Assembly: GCA_038727135.1 (NCBI GenBank)
Contig: JAVYWL010000001.1
Coordinates: 480,001 to 544,000 of the forward strand
DNA from: Candidatus Bathyarchaeia archaeon
GTDB taxonomy: Archaea; Thermoproteota; Bathyarchaeia; Bathyarchaeales; Bathycorpusculaceae
DNA: 64,000 nucleotides
Reading direction: 5' to 3'
A program made the position numbers and the translations under genes. This document shows, piece by piece, positions 31,261-39,446 of the stretch. Position 1 is the stretch's first letter, and every line of letters starts with the position of its first letter. Under the pieces are notes generated by a model. The model was not told the DNA's origin. It did not search any database and saw only the letters and a program-made list of their open reading frames with translations.

Positions 31261-32491
31261 TCTTTGAAAGGCATCTGGGCTCATAATCAATCAAGCGTCC
31301 AAGCCTACTGTCATTAGAGAAGGCTTCTTTAATAAGGGTGCGCGTCACTTCCATGCGGATCTTTTTCGTCCGTCCATAGCGCCCCATGCTTACAACTTGA
31401 GCGTTCAGCAAACCCAAAGCATCAAGCTCGTTGACCAAAGTGCTAACACGCCTTTGAGTTAAAGGTGTTACAGCCAGCTCACTGCAAAGCTCATTATATA
31501 CTTCATATATCTCACCCGTAACCGCACGGTAACCATTAGCCCTAACAAGGTGATAGACGCTCAACATCACAAGCTTAGAGTGCAAGGTTAAATTTGCCAA
31601 GGCGTCAACAACCCTATTATGCTCTATAAGCCTTTCAGCCTCACGGACATGTTCCTCGGTGACGACGCCTGCACCCTTACGTTCTGCAACCTCGCCTGCC
31701 ACTCTGAGCAAATCCAAAGCCCTCCGCGCATCACCATGCTCAGCAGCAGCCAAAGCCGCACAAAGGCTCAAGGCTCCCTCGCTAAGGGCTCCCTCTCTGA
31801 AGGCTATCTGCGCCCGCTCAGCCAAAATATTCCGCAGTTCAGCCGCATTATAGGGCCTAAAGACAATTTCCTCCTCACTTAGAGAGCTTAAAACTCGGGG
31901 ATCTAAGAACTCCTTTAGACGTAAATCATTTGAAATGCCAATTATGGAGACTTTACTGCGCTTTAATGTTTCGTTAATCCTTGTAAGTTCGTATAAGAGA
32001 ATGTCGCTCCGCGCCTTTACCAGAGCGTCTACCTCGTCAAGTGCAACTATCAGTATTTTTTTAGCTACGTCTAAGCCTTGCTTAAATCGGTCAAAGACCT
32101 CGCCAAGAGACAGCCCGGTGAACGGAACCACGAGGTTAATACTCTGACATAAGCTCGCAAGAACTCTATACTCGGTTCCAGCTAAGCGGCAATTCACATA
32201 GCAAAAACTTACAGGCGCGCCGATTTCCTTAGCCTTAGCCTCCAAGCGATTTAAAACATACTTAGTCACCGCCGTCTTACCAGTCCCTGTCTTTCCATAA
32301 ACAAAAATGTTAGAACATCGTGCGCCCTTCAAAACTGGTGCAATTGCCTCCCCGAGGCGTCGGATTTGTTCTTCACGATGCGGAAGTCTTTCGGGTAAAT
32401 AATCATGCCGTAGAACCTCCCGGTCCTTAAACACGCCGACGGTATTGCAGAACCTTTCAAACACCTCGTCAAGTATACCTGCATCGTTCAT
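31241..32491 (-). CDS. cdc6: Orc1/Cdc6 replication initiator
   Basis: YLPERLPHREEQI, Walker A GKTGTGKT, LDEVD, HGDARRALDLLR and C-terminal wHTH GRYGRT. Confidence 0.97.
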   Translation of the reverse strand: MNDAGILDEVFERFCNTVGVFKDREVLRHDYLPERLPHREEQIRRLGEAIAPVLKGARCSNIFVYGKTGTGKTAVTKYVLNRLEAKAKEIGAPVSFCYVNCRLAGTEYRVLASLCQSINLVVPFTGLSLGEVFDRFKQGLDVAKKILIVALDEVDALVKARSDILLYELTRINETLKRSKVSIIGISNDLRLKEFLDPRVLSSLSEEEIVFRPYNAAELRNILAERAQIAFREGALSEGALSLCAALAAAEHGDARRALDLLRVAGEVAERKGAGVVTEEHVREAERLIEHNRVVDALANLTLHSKLVMLSVYHLVRANGYRAVTGEIYEVYNELCSELAVTPLTQRRVSTLVNELDALGLLNAQVVSMGRYGRTKKIRMEVTRTLIKEAFSNDSRLGRLIDYEPRCLSKNASSRN

Positions 32492-32639
32492 TAGTCACAC
32501 CTTCCTCCTAAATGAAACTCTTAACGCAAGCGTTCGCCCTTTTCTTCCGCCAATTTAAGATAAGGCATGCCATACAGAAAAGTGAACAAGCAACAGAAAA
32601 ATCCTAAAATGACAAAGGTTTTATTGTTGGGAAAAGGGA

Positions 32640-32664
32640 GACACCCCATCACTTCAACTGGAAA
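32640..32664 (-). promoter_or_regulatory. ORB element 1
   Basis: Minus strand reads TTTCCAGTTGAAGTGATGGGGTGTC, matching the ORB consensus TCCAGTGGAAA plus G-string. Confidence 0.88.
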
Positions 32665-32831
32665 ACTCTAAAAGCTGTTACTTAATATCCTTGTTTCCTT
32701 CGTAGAAAGGAAAATACTCTGAAAGGTTAGAACATTCAGAAAGGTAAAAAGGATTCTCCTAGAAGTTTTTATACCTAAACTAAAAATGTTTCACTTCAAT
32801 GCTGAATTAGAAATCTACTGCTCACCAACCT

Positions 32832-32852
32832 CTCCAGTGGAAAATATGGGGT
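32832..32852 (+). promoter_or_regulatory. ORB element 2
   Basis: CTCCAGTGGAAAATATGGGGT. Confidence 0.9.
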
Positions 32853-33049
32853 AGCACTTCGCCATCTTTTAAGTAGAGTTCAAAAAGGGTGCGAGTTTCG
32901 TTATGGTTTACGGGATGCATTTGCCATATTATGGTGCAGGTAAACGACTTCACTTTTGTGAAAACCTTGTGAAGTTTACTCATTTTTGGCGTTTTTATCC
33001 GAGCAATTCTCGTGACGTTGCTATTTCTGTGTCTTTTCTCTGTGAAAAA

Positions 33050-33074
33050 GACACCCCATCATTTCTACTGGAAA
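33050..33074 (-). promoter_or_regulatory. ORB element 3
   Basis: Minus strand reads TTTCCAGTAGAAATGATGGGGTGTC; 23/25 identical to ORB1. Confidence 0.88.
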
Positions 33075-33272
33075 GCTGCAAGCATAATTTAACGATTTTT
33101 CATTTGCAAAATGGGTTTTGCTGTAAACTCTGTTAATAAAAATCTTTGGAAATAAGGCTCTTCACGCTGCTTTCAGTTCAAAATTTGCTCTTTATTTTTC
33201 TCCTTTTCACCGCAATAGCTATATCTTGTGAAGTGCAAACTTGTGAAAAGAATTTGCGGGTGCCCGACAACA

Positions 33273-33707
33273 GTGCCAGCGAGAAAGATGCGAATAGAAG
33301 TGTTCGACAGTGAAGGTAATAAGTACAGCATAGCCTTTGAAGGACAAATCACGCGAGATAAAGCCCTCCGCCTATTAGATCTGGTAGAATTGCTTGGAGG
33401 AGTTACATCGAGCGGCACTAATCCTAGCGTTAGCGCTGTCAACATTGAGAAGTCAAAATACGATAAGTTGCTAGCTGTCCTCCAAAAGAACTTTCCCATA
33501 GTTTGGTTCTCATCAAAGGAAGTTCAGGCTGCCTACGAACAAGAGTTTAAAGAACCCATCAGCTTAAGCACCGTGGCCACGTATCTTTCAAGAATGGCTA
33601 ATAAAGGATTGCTCATGAAGGCCGGCGCCTCTAACCGCCTTAAATATAGAATTGCGCCTGGCCCTCCACAAGTTATAGTGAAGCATCACCTACCAAGCGA
33701 GGGTTAA
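33273..33707 (+). CDS. Origin-adjacent hypothetical protein with C-terminal winged helix
   Basis: GTG start (MPARKMRIEV); FSSKEV...ISLSTVATYLSRMANKGLL is wHTH-like. Confidence 0.78.
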   Translation: MPARKMRIEVFDSEGNKYSIAFEGQITRDKALRLLDLVELLGGVTSSGTNPSVSAVNIEKSKYDKLLAVLQKNFPIVWFSSKEVQAAYEQEFKEPISLSTVATYLSRMANKGLLMKAGASNRLKYRIAPGPPQVIVKHHLPSEG

Positions 33708-33713
33708 TGCTTC

Positions 33714-34427
33714 TTAAGTGGCCTCCGTTTCAGCTCTTTTCAAAAATTTCTCCATTTCCTTCTTCACACTGTATTTGAAGGGGATTTTACTTGAGTCCCT
33801 TTCTAAATAACCTTCCTCGTAGAGCCTCTTCATAAGCCTAGCTGTGTGCTCCCTGCTAAGCCTAATCCTCTCCTTAATTTCCGGGGCTGTTTTTGGGCCC
33901 TCAGCGGCCAACATCTCCAACACAGCAAGCTCCGTTTCAGTTAATTTGGCTAATGCCTTCTCTCTCTTTATTGGTATGGCCGCCTCAACTCCGATTTCAG
34001 GAAGCGTTGACACTGTTTGGGTTCTCTCTTCAATCGTTGAAACTTTAGCGAGAACCTCTTTTTGTGCTTCGGTAACGTCACGGGTCTGTTTCTCTATATC
34101 GTTTAGTCGAGTTAGCATCTTCTCCTTGTCCTCAAAAAGCTCCTTCGCCTTGTCTTCCAAGAGTTTTAGCCGATTCTCCATGTCTTTAACGGCCTTTAGC
34201 GCATCGGTGCCCTTGGCAGAAGCGGCTTCAATCTTATAAGAAATGGTTTGTAAGACGTCTGTCGCATGCTTAAGCTCCCTACTGAAGCTCAAGATTATAT
34301 CGTTAAATGCTTCCTTGGCCTTCTCGTACTCTTTTCTAATTTTAACAAGGTTCCTATAATACTCTACAGCAGCACCAACAGCCACTGCCAGAAAGATGCT
34401 CGAGATAATAATTAAGAGATCAACCAT
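33714..34427 (-). CDS. Membrane-anchored coiled-coil protein with C-terminal winged helix
   Basis: N-terminal TM (LLIIISSIFLAVAVGAAV), about 110 aa of charged heptad-like sequence, then LTETELAVLEML...TAPEI...SREHTARLMKRLYEEGYL. Confidence 0.82.
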   Translation of the reverse strand: MVDLLIIISSIFLAVAVGAAVEYYRNLVKIRKEYEKAKEAFNDIILSFSRELKHATDVLQTISYKIEAASAKGTDALKAVKDMENRLKLLEDKAKELFEDKEKMLTRLNDIEKQTRDVTEAQKEVLAKVSTIEERTQTVSTLPEIGVEAAIPIKREKALAKLTETELAVLEMLAAEGPKTAPEIKERIRLSREHTARLMKRLYEEGYLERDSSKIPFKYSVKKEMEKFLKRAETEAT

Positions 34428-34692
34428 GTGATGCCTCCTGTGATTCTTCTGTAATATGTCGTGACTTTAACATGTTACATCACACATCACAGTTTTAGCC
34501 TAAAAATCATTTAAAGATTGTGGTCGCCGTGAAGACTTATGACGTCACAGGTCACGAATAGATGCGTCCAACGTTATCTTATCCTTTTAAAGAAAACCTC
34601 GTTTTTGCCTTCTTCTTCCATTTGGCCCTATTTTTCACTTCCTTTATCTGCAATAGGGACTTGTAATTTTCTCTGTGATTTGTGATGTCACA
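34427..34692. repeat. Array of YGT(G/A)A(T/C) motifs including three 19-bp compound sites
   Basis: TGTGATGTGTGATGTAACA (minus, 34473-34491), CGTGACCTGTGACGTCATA (minus, 34538-34556), TGTGATTTGTGATGTCACA (plus, 34674-34692); single half-sites at 34427, 34439, 34450, 34460 and 34662. Confidence 0.75.
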
Positions 34693-35164
34693 TAAAACCT
34701 TCCGATGGGTTTGAGAGTACATTTAAGCTGTTTTCAAGCTCTTCCCTTAACATTTTAAGGATTTTTATTTGTTCCTCTGGCTGCTCGATTTTGTTTGACA
34801 GACCTTTGTGGGCGTTAATGTATTCTTGCAGTTTGTTTGCGATTTCAATATATTGGTCAAGTGCTGTGCTTTCAAAAATTCCTAAATACCCTAAAAGCAG
34901 CACTGTGTAAACCGCTTTTATGACATTTTTTTGCGCTTGCTTTAAGGTTCTATTGAAGGCCCCGCGGCTTATTTTTGCCTTTGTTAGGCGTAATTTGGCT
35001 TTTTCATCGTATTTCATCGGTTTTTCCGAAAAATTTTCGGCTAAAATGTCTATGAGCAGCGTTTCTAGCTGCGTTTTTGTCAGGTGGCTATTCTTTGTGA
35101 GTATTTTGACTATGGGATCTTCTAAAGACTTTTTTAACCATAATTGAACGCTGTTTTTCAACAT
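34688..35164 (-). CDS. Hypothetical protein with putative HTH
   Basis: LTKTQLETLL...KAKLR...ISRGAFNRTLKQA is HTH-like. Start placed at ATG 35164. Confidence 0.7.
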   Translation of the reverse strand: MLKNSVQLWLKKSLEDPIVKILTKNSHLTKTQLETLLIDILAENFSEKPMKYDEKAKLRLTKAKISRGAFNRTLKQAQKNVIKAVYTVLLLGYLGIFESTALDQYIEIANKLQEYINAHKGLSNKIEQPEEQIKILKMLREELENSLNVLSNPSEGFM

Positions 35165-35314
35165 TTCAGTTTCGCCACTATTAGCTATGCTTGTTGAATA
35201 CACTTTTGTATACAGGCTTTTAAGAGTTCTGTTCAACATTTAAAAGTACGCTTTCAAGACGCAACCATTATATGCTAAAGCATATAACACGTAGTTCGAG
35301 GAGAGCGTTTAACA

Positions 35315-36488
35315 TTGCAATTTAAGGCTTCTGAACGCCTAAAAAACATAAAGCCCTCTGGAATTCGCCGATTTTTCGCTTTGGCCCAAGAATTTCCCGG
35401 CATTATCAATTTAAGTGTTGGAGAGCCGGATTTTACACCGCCGATGCATGTTTTGGAGGGAGGATGGAAGGCAGTATTAGAGGGCAAAACCCATTATGCT
35501 CCAACTAATGGCATTCCAGAACTTCGAGAGGCTCTAGCTGAAAAGGCCCGTAAAGAGTACGGTCTTAAGTATGACCCAAACTCTGAGGTTTTGGTCACTG
35601 TTGGCGGTACAGAAGCTATTTCCCTTGCTTTAATGGCTCTGGTCAATCCAGGCGACGAAGTATTAATCCCTAATCCTGGATTTGTTTGCTAGAGCCTAGT
35701 GTTAGATTGGCAGGTGGGATTCCTGTTTCAATTCCAATTTTGGAGGAAAAGGGGTTTAAGCCTCCGTTGATGATGTGACGTCACTTATCACGGAGAAATC
35801 ACGTGTGATGATTTTGAACTCTCCAAATAACCCAACAGGGGCTGTTCTTTCATATGATGAACTTAAAGCATTAGCCAAAATAGCTGTTGAGCGTGATTTG
35901 ATTGTGATTTCGGATGAGGTTTACGAGAAAATAATCTATGATGGAGAAAAACACTGTTGCCTAGCGACGTTTCCGGGGATGAAGAAGCGCACCTTAGTTG
36001 TAAACTCTTTTTCTAAAACTTATGCTATGACGGGCTTAAGAGTTGGTTATGTTTATGGCCCTAAAGAGCTTATTGCTCACCTATGGCTTTGCCACCAATA
36101 TTTTACTGCTTGTGTTGATACCTTTGCACAGTATGCGGCGTTAGCCGCTTTGAAAGGGCCACAAGACTTTGTTAAAGAGATGGTGGCTGAGTTTGATAAG
36201 CGAAGGCGCTTCGTCTTTAAGAGGCTGAATGAGATTGGAGGATTTAGATGTAACCTCCCGAAAGGCGCCTTCTACATGTTTCCAAGCATAAAAGCCTTTA
36301 ACATGTCTTCGGAGGATTTCGCCCAACTTCTGCTTAGAGAAGCACGTGTTGCCACTGTGCCGGGTTCTGCTTTTGGTTCTTATGGTGAGGGTTACATCCG
36401 GATTTCCTACGCCGCAGCCTATGAGCAACTGGAAGAGGCTTTTAACCGTATGGAGAAGGCTGTTAAAAAGCTTAAGGGCTCTTGTTAG
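35315..36488 (+). pseudogene. Class I/II PLP aminotransferase (aspartate aminotransferase-like) with two single-base deletions (near 35691 and 35763)
   Basis: GEPDF, HYAPTNGIPELRE, NSPNNPTG, SDEVY and SKTYAMTGLRVG. The bridging peptide EPSVRLAGGIPVSIP lies in a third frame. Confidence 0.85.
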
Positions 36489-37318
36489 AGCTTTTCTGCT
36501 TTCTCCTTTAGTTTGTCGAAAAGTTCCGGGCGCAAATCTTTCAATGTTGGGACAAAGGCTTCAATAGGCTTTATGTTGGCATAATTTACTTCGCCCACCA
36601 CGAGGTCTTCCTCGTCGTATTTCGCCTTTGCAATTATTTTCCCGTTTGGGGCTATTAGTCTGCTTCCACCCCAGAACTGCAGTCCATCTTCTATGCCTAC
36701 AAGGTTTACATAAGCAAGAAACACCGCATTTTCAATAGCCCTAGCAACCGTTAGAGTCTCGAAAAACGATTTGCGAACGGCTGGCGAAGCTGAAATACAG
36801 ACAATCATTTGAGCGCCTTCTAAACGTGTTAGCCGGCAAACTTCTGGGAAAAAGATGTCATAGCATATTATTAGCCCAATTTTTCCAATGGCTGTTTCGA
36901 AGGCACTTGCCTGGTAGCCTTGTCTAAAATATCTCTTCTCCTCAAAAACGCTGTGGGTTGGTAGGTGCATCTTCCTATATTTCCCAATGTAACCTTCCGG
37001 TCCTACGAGAACTGCAGTATTGTAAATGGTTGCTTGTGCCTTTTCGCTGAGTTCCGGCATCCCAAACACTATGTAGACTTTATACTTCTTCGCGATTCTT
37101 TCGATTGCATCGGTTGATGGCCCTGGGATTCTTTCTGCCAATTCATAAAGTTCATCCCTTACCGTATATCCTGTCAGTGAGAGTTCGGGGAAAATAACGA
37201 GCTCTGCACCTTTTCGCTTTGCTTTTACAGTGAATTCTTCAATTTTCTGTATGTTTGCCTTTTTATCTCCCCGTTGGCAGCTTATTTGGGCAAGGGCTGT
37301 CAAGAATTTTTCCTTCAA
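36485..37318 (-). CDS. Carbon-nitrogen hydrolase (nitrilase fold), candidate glutaminase partner of NadE
   Basis: FPELSLTGY, YRKMHLP and ICYD carry the Glu-Lys-Cys triad. Confidence 0.9.
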   Translation of the reverse strand: MKEKFLTALAQISCQRGDKKANIQKIEEFTVKAKRKGAELVIFPELSLTGYTVRDELYELAERIPGPSTDAIERIAKKYKVYIVFGMPELSEKAQATIYNTAVLVGPEGYIGKYRKMHLPTHSVFEEKRYFRQGYQASAFETAIGKIGLIICYDIFFPEVCRLTRLEGAQMIVCISASPAVRKSFFETLTVARAIENAVFLAYVNLVGIEDGLQFWGGSRLIAPNGKIIAKAKYDEEDLVVGEVNYANIKPIEAFVPTLKDLRPELFDKLKEKAEKL

Positions 37319-37330
37319 ATTTTTCCTTCC

Positions 37331-38170
37331 TTATCTTGTGAATGGTATTCTAAAGTCAAATCCAGCGGTCCTATATTGAAGTTTTGTTGTTAGCGGCATC
37401 CTTCTCTTATGTTCCATTTTTAGCCACCGCTCTTTTACCCTTTCCACCAAGTCTTTTTGCAGGCCTAGCTGTTCAGCTATATCCTCTATTTTCATGAAAT
37501 GCTCAAGTCCGTATAGGATAAGGTCTAACGTTTCATATTTTATCCCTAATTCTTCCTCTGCCGTTTGCCCGGGCCACAATGTGGGGGATGGCGGTTTCTC
37601 CACAATTTCTTTTGGTATGCCCAAATGTCTTGCAAGCTTTTTCACTTGGGTTTTGTAAAGGTCCATTATTGGAGATATGTCTGCTGCTACATCTCCCCAT
37701 TTAGTGAAGTAGCCCATCATCGTCTCCGACTTGTCAGAGCTTCCACACACTATCAGGTTAAGCTTGTTGGCGTAATAATAAATGTAGAGCATACGCATCC
37801 GTGCTTTCAAGTTGCCCTTAGAAAGCTTATCTTCAGCATCAAAAATTGGTAGCGTTTTTTGGAGCGCCTCCAATGCCGGTGTGATATCTATGGCTTCTGT
37901 TTTTAGGCCGAACTTTTCTGCCACAAGCCTTGCGTGCTCCATGTCTTTTGGGTTATATGTTTCCTTCTCTGGAAGCATAAGTCCCAAAACCTTGTTTCCT
38001 CCCACGGCTTTAGAAGATAGTGCTGCCACTGTGCTACTGTCTATGCCGCCGGAAAGCCCTAAAACAATGCCGTTAGCCTTTGCCTTTTCCACATAATCCT
38101 TTATGAAACGTGTTATCTTCTCTTCTACTTCCGTCCAGTCCAGCTCCAATACTGATGGTATCAATTTCAA
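37331..38170 (-). CDS. nadE: NAD+ synthetase (NH3-dependent domain)
   Basis: LSGGIDS, GNLKARMRM, GYFTKWGD, DLYKTQV and KPPSPTLWPGQTAE motifs. Confidence 0.96.
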   Translation of the reverse strand: MKLIPSVLELDWTEVEEKITRFIKDYVEKAKANGIVLGLSGGIDSSTVAALSSKAVGGNKVLGLMLPEKETYNPKDMEHARLVAEKFGLKTEAIDITPALEALQKTLPIFDAEDKLSKGNLKARMRMLYIYYYANKLNLIVCGSSDKSETMMGYFTKWGDVAADISPIMDLYKTQVKKLARHLGIPKEIVEKPPSPTLWPGQTAEEELGIKYETLDLILYGLEHFMKIEDIAEQLGLQKDLVERVKERWLKMEHKRRMPLTTKLQYRTAGFDFRIPFTR

Positions 38171-38272
38171 AGGGTTTCATCCTCACTGTTTATGGGATTA
38201 GGCAAGTATTTAAGGACGAAGATGGGATAATGAATAGGTGTAGCCTTAAACACGTACGTGAAGGATTGGTGT

Positions 38273-38542
38273 ATGGGGCGTAGAAGGCGGAAGGTTGTCC
38301 GAATTCCAAAGAAGCGTTTGCCAAAATTCTTCTCATGCCCTATTTGTGGAAAGGCCTCGGTTCGTGTTGAAATGTTCAGGGATGAGGGAAGAGCTGTTGT
38401 AAGCTGCGGTAATTGCGGTGCAAAAGAGGAGTTTCCAGTTAAAGGTGCCCTTGGCGAGATAGACGTGTACTGCATGTTCACCGACAAGATCTACGGCGGG
38501 GTTAGGCGACTGCCCGCCCCAGAGGTTAAGGAATCCGCATAA
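38273..38542 (+). CDS. elf1: Transcription elongation factor Elf1-like protein
   Basis: MGRRRRK basic N-terminus, FSCPIC...CGNC and IDVYCMFTD. Confidence 0.88.
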   Translation: MGRRRRKVVRIPKKRLPKFFSCPICGKASVRVEMFRDEGRAVVSCGNCGAKEEFPVKGALGEIDVYCMFTDKIYGGVRRLPAPEVKESA

Positions 38543-38557
38543 AAGGATGGATAGCTC

Positions 38558-39310
38558 TTGATAGGAGCTGTTGAAAAATATCTGCTGGATAAAATCAGTT
38601 CAGAGGGGTCGATTCACATAACTCTGATCGACCCCGAGAAAGTTACGCCTTCTCAAGCCTCAGCAATAGCCAGAAAAGCGCGGGCTAGTGGGACGTCTGC
38701 AATAATGATAGGGGGCTCGACTTTTATCTCGGCTAAACACTTAGATGACGTTGTTAAGACGGTTAAGCGGGCTGTGGATATCCCTATAATCCTATTTCCA
38801 AATAATGTCACTAGTATTAGCCGTTATGCGGACGCCATATGGTTCATGTCTCTCCTAAACTCCCTTGATCCGTACTTTATTGTGGGAGCGCAGGTTTTAG
38901 GCGCGCCCTTGATTAAGAGGTACCGCCTCGAGCCGATTCCGCTGGGCTACATTATTGTTGGTGAAGGTGGGACAGCTGGCATTGTGGGGAAGGCTGTTCC
39001 CATACCTTATGATAAGCCGGAATTGGCTGTTGCTCATGCATTGGCGGGGCAGTATTTGGGCATGCGTTTCATTTACCTCGAAGCGGGTTCAGGTGCCAAA
39101 AAACCGGTTCCCAAGGAAATGATTCGTGCTGTGAGGAAAAGCATTGATGTTCCTTTAATTGTTGGTGGAGGAATAAGGACAAGGGCGCAGGCACTGGCGG
39201 CAGCATCGGCAGGCGCGGACATTATTGTTACAGGCAATGTTGTTGAGAATGGTCAGGTTAGGGACAAGGTTTCAGAGATTGTTGAGGGCTTGAAAAGCTG
39301 TAAAGCGTGA
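38558..39310 (+). CDS. Geranylgeranylglyceryl phosphate synthase
   Basis: TLIDPEK, IGGST, SLLNS, YLEAGSGA and VGGGIR motifs. Confidence 0.95.
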   Translation: MIGAVEKYLLDKISSEGSIHITLIDPEKVTPSQASAIARKARASGTSAIMIGGSTFISAKHLDDVVKTVKRAVDIPIILFPNNVTSISRYADAIWFMSLLNSLDPYFIVGAQVLGAPLIKRYRLEPIPLGYIIVGEGGTAGIVGKAVPIPYDKPELAVAHALAGQYLGMRFIYLEAGSGAKKPVPKEMIRAVRKSIDVPLIVGGGIRTRAQALAAASAGADIIVTGNVVENGQVRDKVSEIVEGLKSCKA

Positions 39311-39446
39311 CACTGCTTATAAAGTTTGCATTTTCTTGTATAAAACTTGATAGCTTTGCCGCTCCAAGGCAATGGCGTCTTTGCCTCTTACTTGTTAGAA
39401 AACAGAAATATGCAACTACCAGCCAAATGAAGTACCGAGTGGTTGA

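Larger units (their letters stand above)
32492..33270. other. Chromosomal replication origin (oriC)
   Basis: About 780-bp AT-rich intergenic region upstream of cdc6 containing three ORB boxes. Confidence 0.9.

Noticed and set aside
32903-33136. 77-aa ORF within the origin region
   Set aside because: Overlaps ORB3 and the T-rich element; composition is not protein-like.
34427-34692. Considered as a CRISPR array or additional ORBs
   Set aside because: Units are 6-19 bp in mixed orientation without regular spacers, and they do not match the ORB consensus.
35690-35692. In-frame TAG considered as pyrrolysine or readthrough
   Set aside because: Downstream homology continues in a different frame, so this is an indel rather than stop-codon recoding.
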